This document shows, in pieces, positions 6,113 through 21,100 of a stretch of DNA of 27,711 nucleotides. The notes beneath the pieces were generated by a model that saw only the letters and a program-made list of their open reading frames with translations, did not search any database and was not told the DNA's origin. The translations under genes and the position numbers were made by a program. Source of the stretch: Caecitellus pseudoparvulus (taxonomy: Eukaryota > Protista > Bigyra: Bicosoecida); the NCBI GenBank assembly GCA_965644315.1, contig CBFFRQ010000140.1, positions 1 to 27,711 of the forward strand, written 5' to 3'. Within the stretch, counting starts at the first letter, position 1, and each line of letters opens with the position of its first letter.

Positions 6113-9100
6113 AATGCCACACACAGCACCCCGCGGACATCCTCCACGACGCAGGAGGCGTCCTGTGCTGCATCGCATAGGGCTCGGGCGCCGTCCGACG
6201 TGATCCAGGCGCCCCACGTCCCAGCTCCATTCTGGGCCCGCACACTCACGAAGAGTGTGCCACCAGACGGCCACGTGAAGCCATGGCCAGCTTGGTCTGC
6301 CCCAGTCAGCAGCGCACTGGCTTCGAGAGAGTCGCCCACGAGCCTGCAAGGCATGATGTCATCTCGCCCGGCGTCAGAGCCAGTGCTGCCAATGCACCAC
6401 TCGTACTGCCCGATGCCAGACTCTGCATCAGCTGCTGGGGTCCACGAGGCCTGGAACACTGCCCCAGGACTGCCCAGGATGCAGTCCGCGTCCACGTCAC
6501 CGCCGTCACGCACTTCCACTTCGTCGCTCCAGGTGGGCGCCGTGCCGTCCAGCAACACGGGCTGCCCCAGGACGAGCTGCTGCGAGCCAGCACCATTGGC
6601 CACCTGGGCGACAGGGAAGAGGTGGTCGGCATGGCTCCATGGCACAGGTGACATGGCGAGTGTGAGTGCGTTGGGACTGGGGGCCAAGGCAAGCACTGCG
6701 GGTGCGCTCAGTGGGTGGCCCTTGGCGCTGGGTGTGCAGGAGCACAGGCCACCCTGCAGGGCGAGCACGGCGCCTGAGTCAGGTGCCATGCTTGACGCTT
6801 GGGATACGGAAGACAGAGTGCAGGACCCATCTGCAAGGCCCAATTCAATGCGCAGCGGGTCCGAGCTCAGCTGCACTGGACCTGAGCCGTTCCACTGGCC
6901 AGGCACAACAAGCACGGACAGGGTGGCGCTGGCCAGTCCTGACTGGGCATCTCCCAGACCCTCCATCCTCAGCACCAGCCCGGCCTGCACAGACTCCACA
7001 GTCGTGAAGGATGCAGGCTCTAGATCAGGCATGGTCTGCACGGCGCAGGCGGCAGCAGCAGCCTCCGCCTGTGAGGAGCCGGGACCTGGCAGCAGTGCGT
7101 GGCCGCCTCGTGGCATGAAGATGCGTGGTGTCAAGGCAGGCGGTGTCACATCCAGCACGCCCAGAGGGGCAATGACTGCCGTGGACAGGCCTGCGTAGTT
7201 CGTGGCGACAGCTGTGAGCCACAGCGTGTCGCCGCCCTCCAGTGCGCTGGAGTTGAGGGTCACTTGGGCCAGGCGGCCGCTCTCCACCAGGTTTAGGTCT
7301 GTCCACGAGGCGCTGGACCCCACAGCATCCCAGCTGCCCACTTCCCGCATGTGCGGCATGGCTTGAGACCCCAGAGCCGTGGCACCCACTGTGAGTGTGA
7401 GGGAGCTGAGGCCGGCACCAGCATCCACCCAGTCGTCCAGGGACAGCTCCACGCGGCTCATGGGCACGATGGACGGCAGGTCACTGCCGGCCAGTGCCAA
7501 CGCCTCTGCAAGCTGACCAGCTGTGATGTGGGCTGCACTTCCAGCAGGCAGAGTCGAGGCCTGCAGCGTGCGGGGCGCACAGGCGCTCGCGGCGAGCGAA
7601 GACACGCGGAAGGTGCGGGTCCACGGCAGTCCTTGCTGTAGCGCGGCAGCTGGTACGGAGGCGGCGGTGGTGGTGCCGCATGTTTGCGCATCTGGGAGCA
7701 GGGCCAGTGTGCCGGGCCGTGGGTCTGGGCGGACGAGGCGCACAATGGGGGAGGACAGCTGCAGGAGCCCGCCGCCTGTCTTGCTCACCGCGACTTGCAC
7801 TCGGAAGCCTTGTGCAGCTGCCAAAGCGGCGTCCAGAGACACGCTCTGCAGCAGTCCTTCCGAGGCGGAAGCCACCTGTAGCAGTTCGTGCGATGCCACG
7901 GACCCATGAGCCACCACTTCTTCTCCCGCGGGTGACACAGCGAGCAGAGTCCACGCCATGCCTCGCAACGGCACAGACACAGCCGAAACCAGTGGCAGGC
8001 GGAAGGCAATATCCCGTGAGCCACCCTGCACCCAGCGTTGCACTGGAGGGGCCCAGGTAGCACTGACAACCGGCACTGGGACGGACGGCGCGCCAGGCTG
8101 TGGGGATTGGTCTCGCACACGTGCATCGTCACCGTCCACGACGAGCAGGGGCGACATGTACACTGACTGCTGCCCGGCGCCGTTCACTGCTCGCATGAGC
8201 AACACAGTCACATGTCCGGCCAATGCTGAGGCTGGCAGCGTCACAAACGTGGCATCCGCGCTGAGCTGCACAAAGTCGGCCTCGCCAGCAGCGTGCCATT
8301 GTGGTGAGGACAAGCTCCCACCGTTGCAAGAGCCATCCGAAAACGGGCCGTGGATGAGCGCAACCTCGTGCACGGCGATGCCGCTGATGTCGTCCGTGGG
8401 CACCGGCAGGCGCAAGGACACTCCTGTGCTTGAATCCCCAACCAGGAGGTGACTCTGCAGCTGTGCTCCACACGACACGTTCGAGTCCTTGCTGGCCAGG
8501 TCAGGCGACAGCGCAGCAGCCACAACGTGGTCCATCCCACCCACTGCAGCCTCAGCAAGTGCCACAGCCTCGGCCGCGGGGCCCGCATGCAGCGAAGCCG
8601 TGCCGAACCAGGCACCATCCAACATCGCCACAGCACCGGACCAGGCTGGAGGAGACCACGGCGCATCCATGAACACAGGCAGGGAAGCGCCCACGGCACG
8701 GCGGCCATCCTCAGTCTGTGTCTGCACGCTCACCACTACCGCCATGCCGTGTTGCAGCTCCAGGCCTGCAAACGCAGCGGTGCCACGAGTCACGTACACG
8801 CCTGGACTGGGGTTGGAGGTGTTCCAAGTTGCTGCGTCCAGGGCAATGCCTTCACCAAGTGACTCGGACGTGGCGCCTGCAATGTGGCCCAGCGTGGCGA
8901 ATGCTGACTGCAGGGGCGAGCTGGAGGTGACAGTCCAAGTGAATCGCACGTGCGTCGCATCAGCGCTGAAGCGCATGCTCTGCTGTGCAGCATCCACAGC
9001 CTCCACAATAACCTCGGCATCCTCCGCTGCCACCTGCACGACGCCGCTGCGGCCTTCCGACACACTCCCAGCCGCATTGGCGCTGTGGACCACAACTTCG

Positions 9101-12100
9101 TACCTTGTGCCTGGCGCAAGCGGTTTGCTGAGGCAAAGCTCGTCGCCTGAGCAGGCCAAGCTCCACTGGGCACTCGTGGCAGAGCCCACACTGCGCAGCG
9201 GCGCCAGCCACTGCGACGCCTGCACGTCCCACAAGCCCACAGAGTGGCTCAGAGCAGAGGACGCCGCCGCGGCCTCAGCGTCGTACACCAGCCAGCAGCC
9301 CCACACTGTCTGAGTGCCACCGCTCCAGGCTTCACTGGGCAAACCAGCCACACCACCTAGTCGAGCGGCACATTGTGCTCCCGTGCGAACAGCAATGTGG
9401 GCCGGCCCAGCACCTGCCACGACAAAGCCGCTCGTTGCCGTGTCTGTCACCAGCCCCGCACTGCTCACCAGTCGCAGCAAGCCGTACACCCACCCAGACG
9501 TGCCGCTGGGCAGTGGCGCTGAGCAGTTCCCGGCACTGGCCCCCACCCCCACGTTCGCGTCAGATAGGGGCACAATGTCAGCTGCACCAGGCGCGCTGCC
9601 CCATCCACACTGCACTTGCACGATGTCGCTCTCGGCGTCTCGTGCCCGTAGCCAAGCCATGGCCGCGGTGCCGCCAGCCACGAGCTGCGCATCTGCCGTG
9701 GCAGACACACGCTGTGCAAGTGCACCTGGCGCGAGCCCCGCCACGTCCCACACCGCCTGCACCTTGGGTGGAGTGGCGTCCGTAGCCGGAGCAATCACGG
9801 CAATGCTGGACACGCGACCAGCGGAGTTGCCCAGTGCAACTCCAGAGTAGCCACGCTGGCCGTGCTGCAGGGCTCCAAGCCCTGGCAACAGCAGGGGAAT
9901 GCTGCTCACGTCTGCGCCAGGGGCCAAGACCACCGCGGAGCCGTCTGCCCGCAGCACCTGCTGCCCGCCAAGACTGGAGCCCATGGCGTGCAGCATGGTC
10001 GCAAGGGCCGCTTGGCTGTCGGAAGCAGCTGACACGTTCAGTGCCAGGGCTGGACTGACGCCGCGCCCAGGCACAGAGCAGGGCAAACAGAGACTGAGGG
10101 AGTCCCCTGTGCCGGCTTTGAAGGTGCCTGCTGGACAAGGCGTGCAGCTACCGCTGTGGCTGAAGGTGCCTGGAGCACACGTCCCAGGCGCACTGGGCGG
10201 AGGCGGCACGCTTGGGCCAGCACTGCAAGCACCAGCACACGGCTCGCAAGCACCCGTCACGGCGTTCAACTCGTACCCTGCCCCACACACGCACATGCCT
10301 CCACCTGCGGTAAAGTCGGGGACGAACACGGCATGCTCCTGAACACATCCGCACGTTGTGCGGTCAGAGCTGACAGGGACGATGCCGAGCAGCGCGCTCT
10401 GTAGGCGGATGTCATGAGCCACGTCAGGCGCGCTGTTGTCACAGACGATGCCGTCAGACGACACCTCCGTCACGAAGCCAGCCGCGTTTGTGGCCCACAC
10501 TGTGGCGAATACAGCCTGGCCTGGCTGCAAGGCCAGCTTGCGAGCCTGTGCGAAGGTGCGGCGCCCGACCGAGCTGCGAGGCACGATGCCACACTGCCCA
10601 GGGGCGTCCCCCGCACACCACTCGTACTTGCTCACACCTGCCGCGTCAAAGAAGTCACCCCATGACGCCTGCACAAGGGAGCAGTCAGGTGTGAACGCAT
10701 CGTCCACTCCTGGATGTGGTGAGTCCCACACCGTGCCGCCTGTGGGTCCGCTCGTGATGACGGCGGCACCGTTCGAGTACACCGTAGTGCTCAGCCCCGC
10801 AGCGTTCACAGCCGTCACAGAGCACGTGTAGCGCTGCTGGTTGGGCAATTCACTGCCTGGAGGGAAGGTGAAGGTGTGTGTGGTGGGGCTGGAGACTGGG
10901 ACCAGCGCTGGCCCAGCGGCAGCTGCCCCTTCGCTGGAGCCCAGCTTCAGAACGATGGAGTAGTGCGCGATGGGGGACACGTCATCCCGGAAGCCGCTCC
11001 AGGAGCAGGCATATGCAGTACTGGTGCTGGTGAAGGTCAAGCCACTGCTCTCGCCGTCCCAGACACTGCCTTGGAGAGGCGGTGTGACGTCAGGGATGAC
11101 GATCCTGGACACCGTCGTGCTGGCGTGTCCGGCTGCGTTCAGCCCCACGAGGGAGAGGTGGTACTCTTGCCCTTGCACCAGCTCCAAGTCTGAGAAGGTC
11201 ACATTGCGCGAGTGATTCCGATCTTCAAACACCCGCACTTGCTGACCGTACGGCCGCGTTCCAAGCGCAGCCGTGTAGGTTGTCAGGGCAGCATCCGATT
11301 CAGCATCTTCAAAGGCGCCCCACGTCGCGGCCACGGTTTTCAGTGACGCCACGTACAGGGCTTCAGGCAACCCTGAAGCAGCCAAGTTGATGGCGTGGGA
11401 GATGGAAACGTTGGAGTGGGCAGATGCCGTCACGTCAGGCGTGAAGTGGGCGTAGTGCACACGAGTGGCCGTGCCAGCACGAACAACTACTGTCACAGTG
11501 TACTGCGTCCCAGGCGTGAGGGTCAGGCCGTACACGCTGGCATGTGTGGCTGTGCCCACATCAGTCAGCGCCTTCACATCTCCAACCCCAGCAGCAGTGC
11601 CCAGGGCCCACTGGAAGGTGAAGTGCGGCACGGCTGTGCCGTTCTCAGTGTCCCCCGTGCTGGTCCAGGTCTCCCCAGGCGGCGCCAGGGTGTTGGACAG
11701 CACACTCCACTCAACTTCCAGGTGCTTGTCCGAGCTGGTGTAGGTGGCCAACACAGGGGAAGGCTCCGGCTCCACGAGCACGCCCCGTCCATCCACCTGC
11801 ACTGCGCCGGTGCTGTCAACGACCACGCCTGCCGCAGGGGCCACAGAGCTCAGCCCCGCACGGTTTGTCATGCGCACCCTGACGTAGTACTTCTCCCCGT
11901 TCACAAGCGCAGCAGGGACAGTGCAAGTCGTCGCGAGGCCGACGCTGCTGAATGGCGCCACATCACAAGTGTCCGCACTGGTCCCAACACAGCAGGCAAA
12001 GGAATCCAGCCCTGACTCCCCATCTACCCACGCGCTGAAGGCCGGCGCCGCCGTCCACTGCCAGCTGGCGCTGACGTTGTCCTTGTGGCTTTGGTACGGC

Positions 12101-15100
12101 GCATCCACGAATGTGGTGAGGGTGTTCCACACTGGGCCTGCCGCTGGCGGGCTCGTGTCCACCATCACACCATCAGACTCCAGCAGGGCAGATGGGTTGC
12201 CGACGTTGTTCACGGCACGGATCTGCAAGCAGTAGCGAAGGCCGCTGGTGAGGTCCAGGCCAGTCGCGTGCAAGGTGGTCACCGTCGCCCCTGGCACATC
12301 GGTCCAGTCCCGCACATCCCGGCTGTCCACGTCGCCGTTGTCGCACCAACGCACAGCATACTGGTGGTTCGCCACCGCCCCCACATCTTCCACGAAGGCA
12401 TCCCAGGTCCCGCGCATCTCACTTGCTGAGGCAGTGAAGGCGGCCTCACCCGTCACACCAGGCACGGCGTCTCGAACAGCCCCACCTGGAGCAGGCTCCG
12501 GAGCAGTGCCGTCAAACACCACGCCATCTGAGGTGACATCCACAAACAGGCCATTGGAGGCCAAAGCACGGACCACGACGTAGTACGTCGTGCCATGGGC
12601 TGGCACGATGGCAGCGGGGTTCGTCTTGGCAGTCGTGTTGGAGCTCACGTACGTCAGCGGCAGCACATCGAGTGGATGGGCCGACAGGTCTGGACCTGGT
12701 CCTGGCGCTGAGCTGGAGATGCCCCACAGGTACGACACTATGGATGCCCGGCCTGCGTCGAAGCCGCCCCAGACAGCCTCCAGAACAGGCTGAGCATGCC
12801 CGTCTTGGTCCGCGTCCAGGTCGCGTGTGGCGTCCACGTCGTTCACGTACGCGGCGGCAGCTGATGGGCGGCTGGTCTCGATGTCAAGCGGCACAGGCTC
12901 GGACAGGCCCGCGTTCCCTGCACGGTCCAGGCACCTGGCACGCATGTGCACCTTGGTAGCATCGGGGAGAGGCGAGGCGAAGGTCACGGTGAACGTTTGC
13001 CGCAGCACTAGCAGGCCATGCAGGCTGAACCTGCTCACCTCTGACTGTGCCACAGTGAAGGGCGAGTGAGCAGTGGGGGACTCCTCAGTCCCAGCGGCCA
13101 CTCGGCAGGCAGAGAAGCCCGCATCCGTGTCGGCGAAAGTGATAGCGACTCGCATGGATGTCGTACTTGCAACCGACTGCACAGCGTGCTGGGTGGCGTT
13201 GAAGCTGTCTGGCTTGCCCAGCAAGGCGGGAATGCCGTAGCCAGCCCAAGCTGACCCTGGCGCTGCCAGAACAGAGAGGGACACATCCGGCAAGGCTGTG
13301 TCTACAAGAATGCCATCAGACAGCCCAGTCGTTTTCAGCCCAGCCGCATTCGTGGCTGTCACAGAAGCGTACACATATGTGCCACTGCGGACAGCGACGG
13401 GCACTGTGAACGTGTGTTCCCGCGCCAGGCCCACGTCGATGGTGGCTGCAATGTTGTCCACTGGCCGCCCAAGCACCGAGCCAAGGCCAACTTCGTACTT
13501 CACCAGCGGCGACACGTCTTCTGTGAACTCTGGCCAGTGCACAGTGAAGGTGGTCGTGCTGGAGGTGAAGTCCAGGTCGTTCGTGGAGCCGTCTCCTCCG
13601 ATGCCAGCGGGTGTCAAGGGGCCAGCTTGTGGCCCGTCGCGAGGCTTCTGCAGCGTGGGCGGCGTGGCATCGAAGATGACGCCATCTGAGCTCGAGACGC
13701 GGAACAGCCCCGCCTTGTTTGTGGCCTTCATGTGCACGAAGTACTGCTGGCCGTGGGTCATGGTGTCCTGCGGCAGGCTGTGCACGCCAAACGGCTCCAC
13801 GTCCCGCCACTGCCCCAGCGGCACGCCTGTGTCCAGAGGGTTGCACGTGCTGGCGTCTGCCGTGCCGACTGTGCGGCAGAACTGGTACGCGAGGAGGCCG
13901 CCTTCGGTGCTTTCACTGTCCTGGAAGCCGTTCCACTGCCAGGACGGCACGTTCACGCCGGTGTAGTCGATGTCTGCTGTGTCGTCCTGGATGTTGAACT
14001 GGTACGTTGCGATGTCCACCTCACGCACACCGCCTCGAGGGCTCGCGGTGGGCGCGTCAGGAAGCAGCACAGGGGGCGTCACATCCACCGTGAAGGGCTG
14101 GGAGCACACCGCTGCAGCGTTACCTTCCACTGTGCGTGTGTCCAGCACCCACTTGTACTGCACGCCCTGCGTCAGTGCCAGGGACCGAGGCATCTGCATG
14201 ATGAGCGGATTGGGCTGGCCCAGGCGCTTGAAGCCCAGCGTCGGGGCCCGCTTGGCAACTGCAGTGCGCGCCCTCTGCACAACCAGCGGTGCCAGCTGCG
14301 TCACCCACACACTGCGAGGGTTGGCTCGAGCTGGCAGCGTGTCTTGCAGCGCAGCGCTGGCTGCCGTGACGGCGTGGACACAGGAGTACGTCGGCATGCG
14401 CACACCTGCCGCGGCGAGGGTGGTGTCCAGAGCCCACGTCACGCTGACGTAGTGTCCTGGAGGGCATTGCTGAGGCGGACGAGTGCACACAGCCCGTCGA
14501 GGTGTGGAGCAGTCCATGGCAGTCAGGCGAGGCGCAGCCGTGGCGCTGGCCTGCATGGCAGCACAGTCCAGATCTGGCACCGCGTTCGGGTCTGCTGTCC
14601 AGGGCCAGCGTGAAGCTGCTTGGGCGGCAGTGCCGAGCTGGTGCGGGCTGAACTTGCTCACCCAAGTGCCCCGCTCCACGCGGTCTGACAGCCCTGTCCA
14701 GCAGGGTGAGATGTCAGTTGGGCACAGCGCCGCGAGGGCGTGCAGCACAGCCTGAGATGGCACGGGGAGCGCGACGCCTCCGCCAAGCGCACACTGCACG
14801 TCGGCGACGTCGCCTTCGGTCGTGGCAGCGCTGGTGAAGGCACAGGCCATCTCACCTGCGCTGAGTGTGACCAAGATGTGCCCAGCTGGACACCCGAACA
14901 CAGGGGCCTCGCACATGGCTGGGAAGCTTGCGCTCACAGACGACTGGAAGTCCACTACGCCATCGACTGCATGCAGCGTCATGCCTGCTGTGCTGGCTGA
15001 GTTGGCTGCGTTGGAGGCAGCAGTGGCGTCTCGCCATCGCACCAGCCAAGCTCCAGCCGGGGTATCCAGCGGAGCAAGGGGACCAATCGGGAACTGATGC

Positions 15101-18100
15101 AAGGCATGTCCGCCAGTGTCAGCCAGCCACGAAGAAGCTCCTGCAGGTTCAGATACCTGCCGTTGCAGCCCCAGCCAGCACTGTGCCCCTGCCTCTCCAC
15201 ATGCACGGGATGCGGCTGCCGTCTCCAGTGTGCTCAGTCCAATACCAGCGAACGGCAGTCCGCCCACGCTCTCACACCCTGCACGGGCACCAGACAGGCT
15301 GACGGGTGGGGCAGTTGTTCCCAGGCACTTGGGCACACCGTCTGCTCCAGGCATCAGGTGGAAGCCAGGAGGGCAGTTGCGCACGCCAGTTTCACACAGG
15401 AACGGCAGCGCGTTCCCAACTGGCTGCACTCGCACGCCGACGTTCAAACTCGCCGTGTCAAAGCCCTCAACGCCCGAGGCCAGGCCGAAGGAAGTCCCTG
15501 TTGCGGCACTAGTCAAGTCAGCAGCATTTTGGAGCGGCAGCATGCTTGCCGTGTCGCCAGGGCTCAGCGGCGTCAGCTGGCTGGCGCTCCACGTGCTCGG
15601 CGCTTGCACACTCATTCCAAGCCAACACGCCATGTCAGCAGCGAAGCACCGCGAACTGACTGTCTCCCGTTTGACGTCATCGTGCAGCGCTGTGCTGGCC
15701 AACCAGCCCCCTTCTGCGGCACACGAAGCTTGAGCCGCTGCCCAAGACGCTGGACTGCTCACATACTTGATGCAGGAAGGAAACGTGCCGTTTGCGCCAA
15801 GGACCAACTCATACCCGCTTGGGCACTGCAGCATCGTGCCAGTGGCATCTCCGTCAGTGTAGAAGCCGCTGCAGCTGGCAATGTCGGATGCGGTGGAGGT
15901 GCGCTGCAGGCCCAGTCGAGCCGTCAAGCTGTCACAGCGCACATCGAAGTCTGCAACTTCCACCGCCATGCCGGCATGCACTGTTGACGCGCCTCGCAAC
16001 TGAGTGGACAGCGCAGAGTACGTCTTCTGTGGGTCGTGGGTCGTGTACAGTGAGGACACTGCGCCAAAGGCTACATAGGGGAACTGCAGCGGCTGTGCAG
16101 CCGAGTACCCTGGGCACGTCGCACGGGTCCCGTCACAAGTGGGGGCCAGGCGGCACTCGGACACGCGCCCTTGGTTGCAGTGGTGGTCATCTTCGGGCTG
16201 ATACCGCACCTCGTCACAGCCGCCGTCCCCATTGCAAGTGTACGACACGTGGCAGTCCTGGGCGTCACACGTGTACGGCGTGCCTGTGCAAATGCCAGAC
16301 ACACACTGATCATCGTAGCTGCAAGCATCTGTGTCATCACATGCGAGGTCGTTGGGGCGATTGCTCCAGCCAGCTGGGTCCTTGATCACGTCGCAGTACT
16401 GGCACTCGGGCTGAGCGGGGTTCACCTCCCCGTGAGCGTACAGCGTGCCGCCGATGTCGCAAGCACACGTCTTCCCTCCACCCGGCAGCGACTTCACGCC
16501 CCCGGTGTAGCCTGGCGCCAAGTTGCAGCCTCCCAGGCCGTCGCACACCTCGCAATCTTGTGCTGGGTCGTCGGTCCACTCCTCCATGAGGCAGGTCTTG
16601 TACAGCTGGCCCTGGCACAGACCGTTGGAAGTGCAGTTGTCCCGGAAGGTGCAGGCAAGATCGTCGTTGCAAGCGGTGCCGACGCCCTTCTGGCTCCACA
16701 TCATGAAGGCGCCAGGGCCTGCGGGGTCGCACCAGTAGCACGAGGAGTGCACATCTTCTGGGAACTCCCGCGGCTTGTCAGACAGGTACGGGTAGCACTG
16801 GCGCTCGCCGTAGAAGTCCAGGATGGAGCAGCTGTCCTCCTCCACACACCGAGTGCAGCGGAAGCTGACGTCCACTGCGCCGGCGATGCCAGGCGCGCCA
16901 GCGTACGTGTCAGGCTGGGGCGTGGACACGGTCTGCCCCATTTGTTCCAGCACAGGCGTTGGGTGTCCGTCCTCAGTCAGCATCCAGTCAGTCAGGTAGA
17001 AGCCCGCGCCACCTCCTCCACCTGTCATTGCCGTGGAGGTGCGGGCAGCGCCAGTGCCGCCGCCATAGAAGCCGTCCCCACCACTGGGGACGTAGGAGGC
17101 GCATGTGGCACCATTGCAATCTGTGCCGTCATACGCCCCGCCTGCAATGCGGTCACCATCCTCGCCTTGGCCCAGGTTGCCAGTTGTGGGCGTCGTTGCA
17201 ACTCCACCGATGCCTGGCCCGCCGCCCCAAGCACCCTCGCCGCCCGTCACAGCTGTGGCGCCTGAGCCGATGGAAGGCGCAGTGCCGCCGAGAATGCCGC
17301 CTCCTGAGCCACCTGCAGAGCACTCTGCAGTGCCGTATGCGCCACCTCCACCTCCTCCGACGACTGCAATCTCATCCCTGCGCGTGGGATCCCACAGCGC
17401 CGTGCGGCCGCCTCCAGCTCGATTGATGCGACTCACGCCTCCAGGAGCAATGGGGAAGCCGATCGTGTGGCCCTTTGTGCCATTAGCTGAGAACGACGGA
17501 TCTCCCAGCGGGTTCGGTGACACGCCATACCCCAGGTTCACACCGCTCAGCGTTGTGGAGCTGGCGAACAGTGCTCCAGGCTTGCCGACTTCAAACGCCA
17601 GCTTGGTCGCTGGAAGAGTCTCCATGCGGCCGTAGAAGAAGCCACCTGGTCCACCCAGGCAGGTGCCAGGCGATGTTGGGGAGGACAGTCCCACATCCAG
17701 CGCCCCAGGCGAGCCACCTGCTCCGTACAGCCGCACATCTGCCGCCAGGGCGCCCACAGGCGAGGTGACGGTGTGTACGCCTGGCTGTGCGATACTGTAG
17801 CGGGCCCCAAAAGGGCACTGGAGCGCTTGTTGGGAGATGGTCTGGATCATGACGTGCCCCTGCAGCAGCTTGGCGCGACCACCTGTGGCGCTGCGGTGCA
17901 CTTCGGTTGGGAAGGCGGGAATGTCCTCCCACCCGCCCAGCAGCTGTGCAAATTGCACTTGGGCGTCAGAGGCGAAGCTCGTGCCGCCTCCACCACCTCC
18001 CACGACGCTGGCCAGACCTTCAGCGCGGAAGCCACCTTCTCCACCGGCTGATCCAGCTCCTCCGCCCATGTGCCCGCCGCCGCCCTGCCCGCCGCTTGTG

Positions 18101-21100
18101 CGCACGCGGAACTCTGTGCAACCTGGCACGCCAGCTCGATTCCGACCACCTCCCACGCCCCACGGGCACTTGTCTGCTGTGCGCTGGTCAGTGCCACGAT
18201 AGATGCCGCCCGCACCAAAGCCTGCGTCTTGCAGGGAACCCGCGAGGTTCGACGTGGCCAGCGTGCCGCCTTGTCCTCCGTACGCCACCAAGAAGTGCGA
18301 CCCCGACTGGGATTGCAGGCCTGCCTCTCCGTCCCCTCCATCATGAGCACCACCTGCTCCTCCCTTGCCTGTTCCGCCGCCTCCACCTCCACCTGCCACG
18401 AGCAGCTCAGACGTGTATGAAACAGCCACGTCAGAACGCAGTCTACGGCCATCCAGGACGCCAGAGCGCTGTCCGCCCAGGCCAGAGCCCTGCAAGTTGG
18501 TGTACGTGAACGCGCTGGACGTCTCCACCGCGAGAACAGCCTCGTTGGCGTGGTTCCATCCCATGCGGTGCCCACCCACTTCCACGACGAACTCATCCCC
18601 GCCTTTGACAGCAATGTAGCCAGAGGCATATGCGCCCGCTCCGCCGGGCTGGGTGTGGATGAGGTGCGATCCACCTCCAGCACCTCGCGCCTTGATGAGG
18701 ATGAAGTGCACCCCAGCAGGCACTGTGAAAACACAGGTGCTGGAAGGAGCGTGGAAGTTGTGCAGGGTTGGGTTTGTGCCGACCGTTTGTGCCGTCTGCA
18801 GGTCACAGGGCGGAATGTACTCGCAGACGAATGCCCGCCCAGTGTTGGCGTTGGACGTGGTGCGCAGGAACAGCCCAGCTGCATCCATGTATGCGTACCG
18901 CCCGCCACCAAAGCCGGCCAGCGGCACGCCAGTGGTGGAGTCCACAGCCCACAAGCTGCCTTCGCCATACCGCCCTCCATCGCTTGCCAGAGCGGCTGTG
19001 TTCACCCACAGTCCAGCTGCATCTGCGCCGTCTTCCCACTCGAACTCCCCACTGCGCAGGTTGGCACGCACTCCCACCCATGCCCCGCTTCCGATACTGC
19101 TGACGCCAAAGACGTGGTGTGCCAGGGTCAGCTCCACTGGGTCGTGTGCGCTCCACAGCTGGGCACGAGGGTGCACAGCCTTGCAAGCAGAGCGAGAAGC
19201 GGAGAGGGAAGATGGCCCTGTCACAAGTTGCAGGCACGTGCCCGTGATGGGGGAGCGGTACCAGCCTGAGGGACAGGTGCCAAGCATCTCACAGGCGGTG
19301 AAAGCTGGCGTGCTGCACGAGAGCCTCGACAGGGAGTTGGAAGTGTGGTCTGATGTCCCGATGCAGCCATCTCCACTGCCTGAGATGTCCCCCAAGCCGA
19401 GGGAGTTGGAGTTAGACACACCCACGGAGAAGGCCGCCACCGCGCCTGCTCCATCTCGCCAGTGCAACGTGCCACTGCTGATGTATCCACCCGTCCACAC
19501 AGGGCCGTCCAGCCCCAGAACGTGGTCCACGTGCGCGTTCCACCACCTGCTCTCCAGATCACTCCACACGCGAGCAGGGGCTGCTTGGCGTGTGCTGCCA
19601 GCCGGCACAGCAGCTGCACAAGCGGCACCAATGTCTGCATGGTTGGCGACTGTGGTCGTGATCACCTTGATGCACTGCCCTGTGATGGGGCTGACTGTGT
19701 CGCCGTCTGGGCAGTGCGGCGGCGGAGCGACACATGCGAAGCCGCCATCTGCGAACAGTCCCTTCTCTGTGCAGTCCACCGAGTACAGCTTGCCGTTCTG
19801 GTACTTGGCACAACTGCCAATGCCGAGGTCTGGGTGCGATGGCGCCCACAGCACGGCTGGTACAGGCGTCCCAGCATCATCCAGCCACTCCCACCGAGTG
19901 CTCTGCACGTTGTACGCAGCCCCCACAGCGACACCTTGTCCAACTCGAGGCGCCCCCGGCTTGAAGTCCTGCAGCACCACATGCTCCAGCCACGGCCAGC
20001 CCACGGTGCCGCCCCTCCAGTCGGCTGTTGGATGGGCCAGCTCCCCGCCATCGCCCTGGCACTGGGAGCGCAGGGATGCCCAGGAATCGAGGGACTTGGC
20101 GGGCGGCAGGACATCCAGGTGAATCCAGCACGTCAGCGTCGTGCCGTGAGGAGTCCAACGAGCAGGACAGCCGATGGGGCGATAGGCACAGGCTGTCGCA
20201 GTGCCCCCCGTGTTGCAGTAGGCAGAGTGCAGGTCGGATGAAGGTGTCGTGCGGAGGCAAGGGTGGTCAGAAAACTTTCCATAGGTCCACCTGCCGCTCC
20301 CTGCATCCAGCATCTCGTCCACATCGCCAGTTGCAGAGCCAGAGACCCACACCTGCTTGTTGCCCTGGGTCACATCCTGCTCAGCGTTGAGCCAGAAGTG
20401 CCACTGGTTGTAGGGAGCCGGCATGCGGGGCTGCAGGAACTGCGTCTGGAACCACTGCAGCTCAGCGTACGAGTTGGGTGCAAAGAGGGTGGCACCGGGG
20501 TAGTGCTGGGCGCACTCCCGCGCCGATTCGTCCTTGGACTTGAACTCGATCTTGTGCCCGATGTGGAAGCAAGCGCCCGAGTAGGGGGATTGTGCCTTGA
20601 AGCCTGGCGGGCAGTGCGCCGCACCGTGGGCGTCTTGGGCCGGCTGGGTGACGGGCCTGGGAGTGACGGTCGGCGAGGGTGACGCTGTTGGTGTTGGAGA
20701 TGGGATAATGCGAAACTGCACAGTTCCAGCCTCCGAAGGATCCTCATCATCACCAACTTTGTCGGTGTTTCCGTGTCCTGTCATTCCGTATGTGCCACCA
20801 CCCCAGCACATCACATCGCCAGTTGACAGCGCAGCACATGTGTGAAAGAACTCTGCTGCTACTTGCGTCACATTTACATCAGGGCCTAAGTAGGCAGGGT
20901 CCAGCACCGATGGCAGTTCGTTGTCGCCAACGTCCTCAGTGCTGCCGTTCCCGAGCTGGCCATAGTCATTGAACCCCCAGCACTGAACATCGTCAGTGGT
21001 CAGCACAACACAAGTGTGCAGGCGCCCAGCAGACACCTGAGAAGCTTTGATCCCAGCTCCAAGCGGCACTGTGCCTGCCGAACTCGGGACCTCATTGTCG